A stretch of DNA of 64,000 nt from Anaeromyxobacteraceae bacterium (GTDB taxonomy: Bacteria > Myxococcota > Myxococcia > Myxococcales > Anaeromyxobacteraceae): assembly GCA_047602405.1 (NCBI GenBank), contig JASGHJ010000002.1:2048001-2112000 (forward strand). Direction: 5' to 3'. Below are positions 1 through 13,459 of the stretch, piece after piece. Each line of letters begins with the position of its first letter. Position 1 is the first letter of the stretch. The notes under the pieces were generated by a model that had not been told where the DNA came from, made no database searches, and saw only the letters and a list, made by a program, of their open reading frames with translations. Both the position numbers and the translations under genes were made by a program.

Positions 1-701
1 GGCGCCCAGGCGGCGACCTGCGTCGCGCCGACGAGCGTGCCGGAGCGCTCCGGGTCGACCCGCCCCCGGAGCTCGGCGCGGGTCGCGGCGTCGAGCGGCG
101 TCGCGCCCGTCGAGCCCACCACGAGCGCGTCGGCCGAGGCGATCCAGGCCGCCCCGCCCTCCGGCACCGCCGGGTCGAGGCGCCGCCGGAGGAGCTCGGT
201 GCGGACCCGCACGGCGAGGCGCCAGCCCTCGCGGCCCGCCGGGCTGATCGCGGCGAGGCGGGAGATCTCGTCGCCCTCCCGGTAGACCAGGAACGCGAGG
301 TCGTCGCCCGGCAGCCGCACCGGCGACACCGCGGCGCGCAGCCCCACCGCGTCGGCCTCCCGGCCGCCCTCCCGGGCGCGCAGCTCGCCGGCGGCGTCGA
401 GGAGGATCGCCGCGTCCACCTGCTCGAGCTGGCCCACCAGGATCGAGAGGATCGCCCGCAGCGCGCTCTCGCTGTGCCCCTCGAGGCGCGGGCGCGCCGC
501 GACCTTGCGGATGGCGGCGTCCACGCCGGCGACGTCGAGGTCGATGCCGCTCGCGGCCGCCTCGGCGCGGGCGAGCTCCTCGGCGGTGGCGGCGCGCCCG
601 AGCACCGCCTCGGTGCGGCGGATCATGACGAAGCCCACCAGCACCACCGGGGCGAGCGCCGCGACGAGGAGGAACAGCGCGAGCTTGCGCTGGAGGGTCA
701 C
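1..701 (-). CDS. Membrane-anchored sensor protein, N-terminal part (runs off the window edge); likely a sensor kinase or similar signalling protein
   Basis: GTG at 701 overlaps the upstream stop (GTGA). Manual translation [29 protein letters not shown]... gives one TM helix followed by an extracytoplasmic-type domain. Frame is open to position 1. Confidence 0.6.
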   Translation of the reverse strand, partial: MTLQRKLALFLLVAALAPVVLVGFVMIRRTEAVLGRAATAEELARAEAAASGIDLDVAGVDAAIRKVAARPRLEGHSESALRAILSILVGQLEQVDAAILLDAAGELRAREGGREADAVGLRAAVSPVRLPGDDLAFLVYREGDEISRLAAISPAGREGWRLAVRVRTELLRRRLDPAVPEGGAAWIASADALVVGSTGATPLDAATRAELRGRVDPERSGTLVGATQVAAWA

Positions 702-3700
702 GCCGCGGCCCCGCCGCCCGGCGCCTGCCCCGAGCCCGTCGAAGGATCCACGAGGTGCACGCTGCCCTGGAGCTTCTTCGCCTTCGCCTTCAGGTCGGCG
801 GCGGACTTCGCGAGGTCGGCGTGGTTCGCGAACCGGCCGGGCGGCACCACCACGGTCGCGATCGAGAGCGAGAGGAGCGGGAACCGCCGCTGCGTGCCGA
901 ACCGATCGACGGCCTCGATGTAGCCGCGCTCGCGGTCGCCCTTGTCGTAGTAGAGCGGGATCACCCGGTCGAACGCGCCGATGATCTCCTTGCAGACGAG
1001 GTCCGCCTTCTCGGGCGCGTTGAGGAGCACGAAGTCGTCGCCGCCCACGTGGCCGACGAAGCCGTGCTCGCCGCCGAGCTCGGCCACCGCGTGGCGCAGG
1101 ATCCCGGCGGTCTGGAAGATGACGCCGTCCGCCTTCGCGTAGCCGTACGTGTCGTTGTAGGCCTTGAGGTTGTCGAGGTCGACGTAGGAGAGCGCGAACG
1201 GCAGCCGCGCCTCGATGCGGCGCTCCACCTCCCGGTCGATGGCGCGCCCGCCGGGCAGCCGGGTCATCGGCGAGGTCGAGAGCGCGGCCTCGCGGCGGCG
1301 GATCACCGCGTCCACCCGCGCGACGAGCTCCTGGGCGTCGAAGGGCTTCGTGAGGTAGTCGTCGGCGCCGAGGCGCAGCCCGCGCACCTTGTCGGCGGTC
1401 TCGCCGCGCGCCGACAGGAACACCGCCGCGAACGGCTCCTGCGCCCGCACGTCGGCGAGCGACTCGAGGAGGCCGAAGCCGTCGCCGTCCGGGAGCTGCA
1501 CGTCCACGAGGAGGAGCTGCGGCGAGCTCTCGACCACGAGGCGCCGCGCCTCGCCCTTCGTCCCCGCCTCGAGCACCTCGTAGCCCTGGCTGCGGAGCAC
1601 CTCGGCGCAGATGGCCCGGATGGCCGGGTCGTCGTCCACGACGAGGATGCGGGCGCCGGTGGCGCGCGCCCGCCGGAGCAGGGGCTCGATGGCCTGCGCG
1701 AGCCGGTCCGGCCCGGCGGGCTTCTCGAGGAACGCCTCGGCGCCCGCGCGGTACGAGGCCTCGCGCTGCGCCGGCGCGCTGAAGGCCATGACGGCGGCGT
1801 GCCGCGTCTCGGCGTCGTGGCGGAGGATCTCGGCGAGCGGGACGCCCTGCAGCGCGGGGAGCCGCGGCTCGAAGACGATGACCCGCGGCCGGTGGCGGCG
1901 CGCCACGGCGACCGCCTCGTCGGGCGTGCTCGCGGTCAGGGCGCGGAAGCCGCGCGAGGCGAGCGCGCCCCGGGCGAGCCGCGCCGCGTCCGGCTCGTCG
2001 ACCACGAGGACGAGCGGCGCGTGGGGATCCGCCGCCGGGCGCTCGGGCGGCGGCTCGGCGGGCGGCTCCTCCGGGAGCACCGCCACGAAGCGCACGCCCA
2101 GCGCCGGGTCGCTCTCCGCCCAGATCGCGCCGCCGTGCTGGGCGACGATGCCGCGGCAGATCGAGAGGCCGAGCCCGGTGCCCCGGACCCGCCGGTTCTT
2201 GTCGGTGCGCGCCTGCTCGAACTTCTCGAAGATCCGCTCGAGGTCGTCCTCGGGCAGCTCCTCGCCCTCGTTCAGCACCGAGAGCCCGACCACGCCGGGC
2301 ACCTCGTCGGAGCGGAACACCCGCACCCGGATCGGGCTGTGGTCCGGCGCGAACTTCACCGCGTTCGTGAGCAGGTTCGAGAGCACCTGGCCGATGCGCG
2401 CGGGGTCGGCGACGAGCCGCACCGGGCCCGCCGGCGCCTCGACGACGATCTCCTGGCCGCGCTCGGTGGCCGCGGGGCCGTAGCGCTCGGCGGTCACCCG
2501 CACGAGCTCGTCGAGCGGGGTGACCTCCGGCACCATCTCGAGCTTGCCCTTCGAGAGCCGGGCGAGGTCGAGGAGGTCGTCGACCATCCCGTTCAGCTTC
2601 TCGGTCGAGTCCCGCGCCATCTTGAGGTAGCGGGCCTGCTTCTCGCCGAGCTCCCCGGCGAGGCCGCCCAGCACGAGGTCGAGCGCGCCGGTGATGGAGG
2701 TGAGCGGCGTGCGCAGCTCGTGGCTCACCACCTGGACGAACTCCTCCTTGCGCTCGTCGAGCTCCTTCTGGGCGGTCACGTCGCGCAGCGCGATCGCGAC
2801 GCCGGCGAGCCGGCCGTCCGGGCCGGGCACCGGCGAGACGATCGACGAGAGCGTCCGCTCGCCGATGTGGATCTCCTCGGTGACGAAGGCGCGCCCGGAG
2901 GGATCGGGCTCGAGCCCGCGCACGAGGTCGAACGGGTAGAAGCCGAGCGCCTCCTTCAGCCACTTCACCGCGACCGGACCCTGCGCCGCCGCGCCGAGCA
3001 TCCGGCGCGCGGCGGGGTTCGCGACCACCTCGTCGGAGCCGGCCGGCGCGAAGAGGCAGGCCGTCCGCCATGCTCTCCACCACGCGCTCGAGGCGGAGCC
3101 GGTCGCCCTCGAGCCGCTGGGCGAAGGCCCGCAGCGCCGCGCCCATCTCGTTCACGAGCACGTCGAGGACCCGCGCGTCGCCCTCCCCGAACGCCTCCGG
3201 CGTCGCGCTCTCGAGGAGCACGATCCCGGAGGGTGCCCCGTCGATCTGCACGGTGACGGTGAGCTGCGAGGGGAACGGCGCGGCGCCCTCGGCGGGCGGC
3301 GGGCTGCCGAGCACCCGGACCTGCAGGTGCGCCTCGTCGAGCGTGCGGCCGGTGCGCTCCGCGTGGGCGGCGAGCGCGTTCTCCTTCACCTGCAGGAGCC
3401 CGCGCTCGTCGAGCCCCACGAGCGGGTGGATGAGGAGCACCGGGGAGGCGCCCTCCGGCGCGAGGAGCGCGGCGGCGAGGTCGCAGGGCACGATGCGCGG
3501 CAGCCGGTCGACGAGCTTCTCGAGGAGCTTCGGCAGGTCGGCGGCGAGGCCGACGTCGCGCGCGAGCTCGGAGGCGGCCTCGAGGGCCGCGAGGCGCCCC
3601 TCGGCCTCGGCGTAGAGGCGCGCCCGCTCGGCCTTGAGGTGCACCTGGTCGAGCGCCCGGAGGACCGTGGCCCTGAGGTCCGCCGTGTCCCACGGCTTCG

Positions 3701-4010
3701 TGATGTAGCGGAAGACCTCCCCCTTGTTGATCGCGGCGACGATCTCCCGGGGATCGGTGTAGGCGGTGAGGAGGATGGCGCAGAGGTCCGGGTGGAGCCG
3801 GCGCGCCTCCTGGATGAGCTCGATGCCGGTCCGGCCGGGCATGCGCTGGTCGGTGACGAGCAGGTCCACCGGCTGCTTCCCGAGGATCTCGAGGGCCTTG
3901 GCGGGCGACGGCGCGGTCAGCGACGCGTAGCCCTCGTCCGGCGGGAACGTGCGCCGGAGGAGCTCCAGCACCTCGGGTTCGTCGTCGACGAAGAGGATCG
4001 TGTGCGCCAA
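698..4010 (-). CDS. Hybrid signalling protein REC-GAF-PAS-HisKA-HATPase-REC-REC-GGDEF, with one +1 frameshift near 3055
   Basis: TTG at 4010 gives (M)[17 protein letters not shown]...[11 protein letters not shown]...YITKPWD (REC). ORF 698..3028 has H-box [11 protein letters not shown]-box [25 protein letters not shown]...DVQLPDGDG...KPF, and [10 protein letters not shown]...GHVGGDDF. Span is 3313 nt = 3n+1; removing one C from CTGCCTCTTC restores [19 protein letters not shown]. Confidence 0.85.
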
Positions 4011-4175
4011 GACGGACCGTACGGGTTGCGTTGTTTCGACGGCGAGGCGGGTGGCGTACCGCGTGGGACCTACGATGGTAGCACGGGGTCCGCGGGTGGG
4101 AAGGAGGTAGCCCTTGCGGTGAATGGCCGAAAAGGACTATGTAGGCCGGCTCTTTACGCCAGGGACCCCCCAGCC

Positions 4176-6026
<1,851 letters not shown>

Positions 6027-6038
6027 GTTTCACGGGGT

Positions 6039-6091
6039 GCTCGTCCCTCGACTCCGGGCCGCCTGCGGGCGGCCCTACGCTCGGGATGAGC
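6039..6091. repeat. Nested palindromic (REP-like) element between convergent genes
   Basis: Outer stem gctcgtccc...gggatgagc enclosing inner stem gggccgcc-tgcg-ggcggccc. Only one copy in this window. Confidence 0.4.
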
Positions 6092-6104
6092 GGAGAGGGA
6101 GGCG

Positions 6105-7640
6105 TCAGGGCCGCAGCACCCAGACGCAGTAGGACTCGTCGCCGACGACGTCGGAGCGCTCGCAGCCGAGCTTCCGGAGCCGCGGCGCGAGCGCGGACGG
6201 CGGCGGCTGCGCGCGCACGGTCAGCACGTCGAGCACCACCACCGCCGGGCCCTCGCGGGCCACGAACGCCGCGGCCTCGCCCCACGCATCGGCCACGTCG
6301 TGGTTGCGCGCCTCGTCGAAGAGGATGTGCGAGCCCCAGCGGTGGCCGTGCGGGTACCACGCCCGCGCCGCGCCGAGGTGGCCGAGCACGTTCATCGCGG
6401 TGAAGTCGACGACCCCGACGAGCGGCAGGCCTTCGACGCCGGCGCGCCGGATGAGCTCCGCGGTCGCGCCGGCCGCCGAGAACTTCAGCCGGAGGTCCTC
6501 CCGCAGGGCGACGCCCGCCGCGGCCACGTGCACGGCCGCGAGCAGCGCGAACGCCGCGCGCGCGAGCCGGCCGGGCCGCACCGGCGACGCCCCGGCCACC
6601 CAGGCCGCGAACGAGAGGCAGAGCCAGAGGAAGCCCCAGTGGCGCAGGTAGCCGACGAACCGGAGCTGCCCGAACGCCAGCAGGCCCCCTGCCCCGACCG
6701 CGAGGAGCGCCGCGGCGGCCGGCGAGCGGCGGAGCGCGACGATCGCGCCGGCGAGGAGCGCCGCCCCGAGCGCGGCCACCGCGCCCTCCGGGAGCGCGGA
6801 GACGACGACGTTCGTCGACCAGAACCAGAGGCCCGGCTCCGGGAGCGGCAGCCAGGCGCGGACCACGGTGGCGAGCATGAACCCGGCCCGCGTCCCGTCC
6901 CACGCGAGCTCCCAGCCGCCCGCGTAGGCGCCGTCGGGCGGGGTGCGGATGGAGAGCGCGGTGAGGAGGACGCCGGCGGCGCCCAGGGCGAGCCCGGCCC
7001 ACGCCCGGCGCCGCGCCGGTGCCGGCGGCGGGCGGAGCACGAGCTCGCCGCCGAGCACCGCGAGAACGGCGACCACGAGGAAGAGCCCGTGCGGCGTGGT
7101 GTACGCGGCGGCCGCCGCGACGGCGCCGACGGTGAGGGGCCGCTCCCGGCGCCGGGTGAAGGCCCACGCGAGGACGGCGAGGCCGAGCACCGACAGGGCG
7201 TAGTTCCGCGCGAGGACGCCGTACTCGTACACCGGGAAGTAGCCGAGCACGCACAGGAGCCGCAGCCAGCGCGGGCCCGGCGCGAGCCGCAGCACGACGA
7301 ACGCGGAGGCGCCCGCGAGCGCGACCGACAGGGCCTGCATGGCCCAGGGCGCGCCCGGCCACCGGGTGAGCGGCCAGAGGAGGAGGTACCAGCTCGCCGG
7401 GTGGCCGCCGTAGCGGATGGCGTGGAAGAGCGCGAGCGGCGACGCGGCGTCGCGCGCCGCGAGCCAGGCGTCCATCTCGTCGCGCCAGAGCTCGTGGCGC
7501 GAGGCGCCGAGGCCCGCGAGGAGGAGCACCGCGGCCGCGCCCGCCAGCGCGAAGGCGAGCTCGCCGCGCCCGGCCGGCGCCGGCCCGGGCGGCGGAGGCG
7601 GCGCGGAGGGCGAACGCTCGGGGCGGGCGCGTCGGCTCAC
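6105..7640 (-). CDS. Polytopic membrane protein, GT-C (PMT/ArnT-like) glycosyltransferase
   Basis: Acidic motif after the first TM (HELWRDEMDAW...GHPASWYLLL), ARNYAL motif, about 11 hydrophobic segments. Confidence 0.6.
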   Translation of the reverse strand: MSRRARPERSPSAPPPPPGPAPAGRGELAFALAGAAAVLLLAGLGASRHELWRDEMDAWLAARDAASPLALFHAIRYGGHPASWYLLLWPLTRWPGAPWAMQALSVALAGASAFVVLRLAPGPRWLRLLCVLGYFPVYEYGVLARNYALSVLGLAVLAWAFTRRRERPLTVGAVAAAAAYTTPHGLFLVVAVLAVLGGELVLRPPPAPARRRAWAGLALGAAGVLLTALSIRTPPDGAYAGGWELAWDGTRAGFMLATVVRAWLPLPEPGLWFWSTNVVVSALPEGAVAALGAALLAGAIVALRRSPAAAALLAVGAGGLLAFGQLRFVGYLRHWGFLWLCLSFAAWVAGASPVRPGRLARAAFALLAAVHVAAAGVALREDLRLKFSAAGATAELIRRAGVEGLPLVGVVDFTAMNVLGHLGAARAWYPHGHRWGSHILFDEARNHDVADAWGEAAAFVAREGPAVVVLDVLTVRAQPPPSALAPRLRKLGCERSDVVGDESYCVWVLRP

Positions 7641-7741
7641 CCGGGCATGGTTCCACGGATGCCGCGGCAGGACCCAGCGAAAAGCGGACGGAAGGTCGAG
7701 CGGGGCGCGTGGAGCGCGATCGGACCGCGGGGCCGGAACGA

Positions 7742-7769
7742 CGAAGGGGGCCCGCGAGGGCCCCCTTCG
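7742..7769 (-). terminator. Hairpin terminator downstream of rplC
   Basis: Perfect 12-bp stem cgaagggggccc-gcga-gggcccccttcg, 34 nt after the rplC stop. Confidence 0.7.
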
Positions 7770-7802
7770 AGAGACGTCGGTGCGGCGTGCCGCGAAGGTC
7801 GA

Positions 7803-8513
7803 CTACACCTTCGGCTTCGCGCGCTGACGCTCCTCCTGCTTCTTCTTGACGCGCGGCTGGCCCTTCACCGCGGTGTCGACGATGAGCGTGCCCTCGACGT
7901 GGCCGGGGACGGCGCCCTTCACGAGCAGGAGGTTCTGCTCCGGCTCCATGCCGACGATGGTGAGGTTCTGGATGGTGACGTTGTCGACGCCGTACTGGCC
8001 GGGGAGGTGCTTGCCCTTCCAGACCTTGCCAGGCGTCTTGCGCTGGCCGACGGCGCCGATGTGGCGGTGGTGCTCGTGCGAGGTCGAGGAGTCGCGGGCG
8101 GCGCCCTTCATGCCCCACTTCTTCACGACGCCGGCGAAGCCGCGGCCCTTCGTGACGCCCTGGATGTCGATGCGCTGGTTGACCTTGAACACCTGGTCGA
8201 CCTTGAGCACGTCGCCGGCCTTGAGGTCGCCGAGGAGCTTCGCGTCCTTGACCCGGAACTCCTTGAGGGTCCGGAAGATCGCGGTGCCCGCCTTCTTGAA
8301 GACGCCGACCTCGGGCTTCGAGAGCCGGTGGGCGTGCTTCTCGTCGACGGTGCCCCAGCCGAGCACGACGGCGTCGTAGCCGTCCTTCGCGGCGGTCTTG
8401 CGCGCCACGACGGTGCACGGGCCCGCCTCGAGGACGGTCACGGGAACGGCGTCGCCTTCCGCCGTGTAGATCTGCGTCATCCCCAGCTTCTTCGCCAGGA
8501 GTCCGGTCGCCAT
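7803..8513 (-). CDS. rplC: 50S ribosomal protein L3, stand-alone
   Basis: GLLAKKLGMTQIY, VPVTVLEAGP, KDGYDAV, DIQGVTKGRGFAGVVKKWG, TPGKVWKGKHLPG, LLLVKGAVPG. Confidence 0.96.
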   Translation of the reverse strand: MATGLLAKKLGMTQIYTAEGDAVPVTVLEAGPCTVVARKTAAKDGYDAVVLGWGTVDEKHAHRLSKPEVGVFKKAGTAIFRTLKEFRVKDAKLLGDLKAGDVLKVDQVFKVNQRIDIQGVTKGRGFAGVVKKWGMKGAARDSSTSHEHHRHIGAVGQRKTPGKVWKGKHLPGQYGVDNVTIQNLTIVGMEPEQNLLLVKGAVPGHVEGTLIVDTAVKGQPRVKKKQEERQRAKPKV

Positions 8514-8585
8514 GTGTGGTTCACCTCTGTATTGGTCCGCCGCGCGACGAGAGGGCCGCGGAGGACGTGCGTTGAAAGGACGCGC

Positions 8586-8614
8586 GTTCTACCGGGTCCC
8601 CACCGCAAAGTCAA
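8586..8614 (-). promoter_or_regulatory. sigma70-type promoter of rplC
   Basis: Minus strand TTGACT-N17-TAGAAC. Confidence 0.6.
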
Positions 8615-8627
8615 GCGCGACGCGGAC

Positions 8628-9275
8628 TTACACCGCGGCGGGCAGCGACACCTCGAGCGCGCCGTCCACCACCCGCAGCTCCCCGCCGAGCGCGGCGGCC
8701 ACCCTGCGCGCGAGCGGCAGCGAGAGGGCCCTGCCCTTCATGTCGGAGGGCGACCCCTTCATCGGGTCCGCCAGCGCCTCGGCGGCGACCGGGCGGCCCG
8801 AGAGCCGGACCCGCACCACCGGCCCGTCGCCGCGGGCGCTGGCCGTGGTCGCGGTGCCCTCCCCGGCCACGCCGGCGACGAGGAGGTCGAGGAGCCGGTC
8901 GAGGAGGATCTTGTCGACGAGGACCGAGAGCCCCTCCACCGCCTCGACCGACACCGCACCCAGGTCGGCCGCGCGGCGCCCGGCGGCGGCCTCGAGCGCC
9001 GGGCCGATCGCCTGGGAATCCGGGCGGTTGGGGATGCCGCCCACGTCCAGCCGCTCGGTCAGGAAGTGGTCCTCGACGAGCTGCCTCACGCGACCGAGCG
9101 CGCGCAGCATCATGTCCGCCATCTTCTCGCCGCGCGCGCCGCCGCGGTCGGCCGCCGACATCCGCGACAGGAGCTCGGCGGTCCAGAGCGCGGTCGAGAG
9201 CGGGTTGCGGACCTCGTGTGCGACGAAGCCCAGCTTGCCCGCGCGCCGCTCGGCCTCCTCCTCTTCGCTCGCCAT
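8628..9275 (-). CDS. Small soluble HisKA protein with a degenerate ATPase domain (pseudo-kinase/phosphotransferase-like)
   Basis: ATG 9275 [27 protein letters not shown] (H-box intact); N-box region reads DRLLDLL and G2 region reads KGRALSL. Confidence 0.65.
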   Translation of the reverse strand: MASEEEEAERRAGKLGFVAHEVRNPLSTALWTAELLSRMSAADRGGARGEKMADMMLRALGRVRQLVEDHFLTERLDVGGIPNRPDSQAIGPALEAAAGRRAADLGAVSVEAVEGLSVLVDKILLDRLLDLLVAGVAGEGTATTASARGDGPVVRVRLSGRPVAAEALADPMKGSPSDMKGRALSLPLARRVAAALGGELRVVDGALEVSLPAAV

Positions 9276-9480
9276 GTCCGCTCCGCGCTCTACGCCGGGA
9301 ACCGCTCGGAAGGCAACCACGGGAAACCGGGAAACCCGAGAAGGTTTTACTGGCCCCAAACTGCCCAGGTTCCGGGCGCTTGCCGCCGGGGCTGACCTTC
9401 TTACAGGCCCCACGGGCGCAGGGGCTGGCGCCTGAACCGCCAACCCCCCGGAAAGAGGAGCCTCCGGGCGTGCGGCCGTC

Positions 9481-9496
9481 GGGCACGTGCATTGCT
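9481..9496 (+). promoter_or_regulatory. sigma54 (-24/-12) promoter of the RpoH-family sigma gene
   Basis: GGGCACGTGCATTGCT = GG-N10-GC with GGCACG and TTGC, about 40 nt before the ATG. Confidence 0.7.
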
Positions 9497-9538
9497 CTCG
9501 TTCCCTGTGCTTCACTCCTCGATGCACCCGGAGCCCTG

Positions 9539-10459
9539 ATGATCCGCTCGACCCGCCCCGCAGGAGCTTCGACCACCATCGAGCGCTACCTCGCCGAGCT
9601 TCACCGGCACCCGCTCCTCACGGCCGAGCAGGAGCAGGAGGCCGCCCGGCGCTTCCGCGACGAGGGCGACACCCGCGCGGCGCACCTGCTCGTCACCTCC
9701 AACCTGCGCTTCGTGGTGAAGGTCGCGCACGAGTACCGCTCGTACGGGTTCCGGCTCGCCGACCTCGTGCAGGAGGGGAACATCGGCCTGATGAAGGCGG
9801 TGCAGAAGTTCGACCCCGAGAAGGGCATCCGCCTCATCTCGTACGCGGTCTGGTGGATCCGCGCGTACATCCAGAACTACATCCTCCGCTCCTGGTCGCT
9901 CGTGAAGCTCGGGACCACGCAGGCCCAGCGGAAGCTGTTCTTCTCGCTCGCCCGCACGCGCCGCGAGCTCGACCGCCTCTCCGCCGGACACGGCGCCGAC
10001 TCCGACGGCCGCGACGACGACAAGGTCGCGAGCCGGCTCCACGTGAAGGCGGCCGAGGTCCGCGAGATGGCGCAGCGGCTCGAGGCCCGCGACCTCTCGC
10101 TGGACGCCCCGCTCGGCGACGACGGCGCGCACACCCACGTCGAGCTCGTGCCGGGGCAGGACCCGGCCCAGGACGACGTGCTCTCCGGCGAGGAGGAGCG
10201 CGCGCTCGTGAACCACCGCGTGGCGACCGCCCTCGCGCGGCTCGACGCCCGCGAGCGGTTCATCATCGAGCACCGCGTGATGGGCGAGCAGGAGATGACG
10301 CTGAAGGACCTCGGCGACCACTTCGGCTTCTCCCGCGAGCGCGCCCGGCAGCTCGAGCTGCGCGCGAAGGAGAAGCTCAGGCGCGAGCTCGGGACGCTGG
10401 CGGAGGAGCTCGACTGGCCGGCCGACGCGAAGCCGGAGGAGATCGGCGAGGTCGCCTAG
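9539..10459 (+). CDS. rpoH: RNA polymerase sigma-32 (RpoH)-family factor; may be a myxobacterial-type paralog
   Basis: [45 protein letters not shown], RpoH-box-like [12 protein letters not shown], region 4 SRERARQLE. Confidence 0.9.
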   Translation: MIRSTRPAGASTTIERYLAELHRHPLLTAEQEQEAARRFRDEGDTRAAHLLVTSNLRFVVKVAHEYRSYGFRLADLVQEGNIGLMKAVQKFDPEKGIRLISYAVWWIRAYIQNYILRSWSLVKLGTTQAQRKLFFSLARTRRELDRLSAGHGADSDGRDDDKVASRLHVKAAEVREMAQRLEARDLSLDAPLGDDGAHTHVELVPGQDPAQDDVLSGEEERALVNHRVATALARLDARERFIIEHRVMGEQEMTLKDLGDHFGFSRERARQLELRAKEKLRRELGTLAEELDWPADAKPEEIGEVA

Positions 10460-10473
10460 GGCCGTTTCGTCTC

Positions 10474-10490
10474 GGGGGGCTTCGCCCCCC
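10474..10490. terminator. Small hairpin between convergent genes
   Basis: ggggggc-ttc-gcccccc; no U-tract. Confidence 0.35.
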
Positions 10491-10503
10491 TCCGGCTGCG
10501 CCC

Positions 10504-11882
<1,379 letters not shown>

Positions 11883-11886
<4 letters not shown>

Positions 11887-13385
11887 GCGGCGTTCTCCGC
11901 ACGCGCCGCACGGACCTGCTGGAGCGTGATGGTGAAGATGGTCCCGCCGTCGGGCGGGCAGCGGTAGCCGATGTGCCCGCCGTGCTCCGCCACGATGCGC
12001 GCCGAGATCGCGAGCCCGAGGCCGTTGCCCTCGCGCTTCGTGGTGAAGAACGGCTTGAACACCGAGGCGCGGAGGTCGGGCGGGATGCCCGGGCCGGAGT
12101 CCGCGATCTCGACGGCGACGTTCCCCTCGCCCGGCCGGGTCCGCACGGTGAGGGAGCCGCCGCCCGCCGGGAGCATCGCCTGGCAGGCGTTGAGGCACAC
12201 GTTGAGGAAGACCTGCTCGAGCTGGGAGGGGTCGGCGAGCACCGGCGGCACGCCGGCCCCGAGGTCGGCGTTCACGGTGATGGCGCCGTTCCGCCCCTGC
12301 TGGCGGATCAGGAAGAGCACCTTCTCGAGCGTCGCGTTGACGTCGGTCGAGCGGAGGTGCGCCTTCGGCGGCCGGGCGAAGCTGAGCAGGCTCTCCATCG
12401 TGTGCGTGAGCCGCTCGACCTGGTGGCGCATCTCGCCGATCACCTCGGCGAGCCGCGGGTTCGCGGCGAGGTCCTCGGCGAGCAGCTCGAGCGCGCCGGA
12501 GAGCCCCGCCAGCGGGTTCTTGATCTCGTGGGCGAGGCCGGTCGCGATCTCGCCGACGGCGGCGAAGCGATCGGCGCGGACCATGCGCTCGCGGTAGAAC
12601 GCCTCGAGCTCCGCCTGGCTCCGGCGCAGCGCGGTCAGCATCGCGTCGAAGCCCCGGGCGGCGACCCCGAGCTCGTCCGGCCGGCCCTCGTCCGCGCGCA
12701 CGGTCAGCTCGCCCGCCTCGGCCCGCTTCATGGCCGTGATGAGCCGCTCGAGCGGGGAGACCGCCTCGCGGCCGAAGAGCCAGAGCGTGATGGCGACGAG
12801 GCAGAGGAGCGCCGCCCCCGCCGAGAGCGAGAGCGTCCGCGCGAGCTGGTTCTCGGCGGCGATGATGGGCGCGCGGGTGAAGCGCAGGTCGAGCCAGCCG
12901 TTCACCGGGTTGGCGGTGCCGTGGCAGCGCGCGCAGGAGGCGTCGTTCTTGATCGGCTGCAGGACCGCGTACTCGGCGCTCCGCCCGAGGGGCGCCTGGA
13001 TGGTCATGACCTTCGTGACCGCGCCGAGGTTCTGCCAGGGCACCGTCCCGATGAGCACCGGCGCGGTCGAGACCGAGATGTGGCCGCTCGGCGCGATCAG
13101 GCTGGCGGCGAGGAGGTCGGAGGAGTGCGAGACGAGCGTGTCGAGGAGCGGCGCCACCTCGGCCGGGCGGCCTGCCAGCATGGTGTTCGACACCCCGGTC
13201 GCCACCGAGTCGGTGAAGATCTCCGAGCGCTCGCGGCGCGCCCGCTCGAGGTCCGCCCCGTAGATCTTCACGGCGGACGCGACCATGGCGGCGAGCGTCA
13301 GCGCGAAGAGGAACGCCGTGGGCAGGAACACCCGCGCGCGGATGCTCGAGTCGAGGCGACGGTAGAATCGGGCGAACAGGTTCAT
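11883..13385 (-). CDS. HAMP sensor histidine kinase with a periplasmic c-type heme motif
   Basis: Two TMs flank a domain containing SCARCHG (CxxCH); HAMP DELG; H-box LAHEIKNPL; PFFTTK and GNGLGL. Confidence 0.92.
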
Positions 13386-13459
13386 CCGGGGGGGAAAGCG
13401 CCCGCACTATCGCAAGTTCGGGGCCCCCGGGGAAGCGAGTCCCGCCCTGGCGCGTGCGG

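Noticed and set aside
1040..1190. Hypr-type cGAMP synthase identity for the GGDEF domain
   Set aside because: The specificity position keeps Asp (GYAKAD) rather than the Ser/Thr of Hypr enzymes
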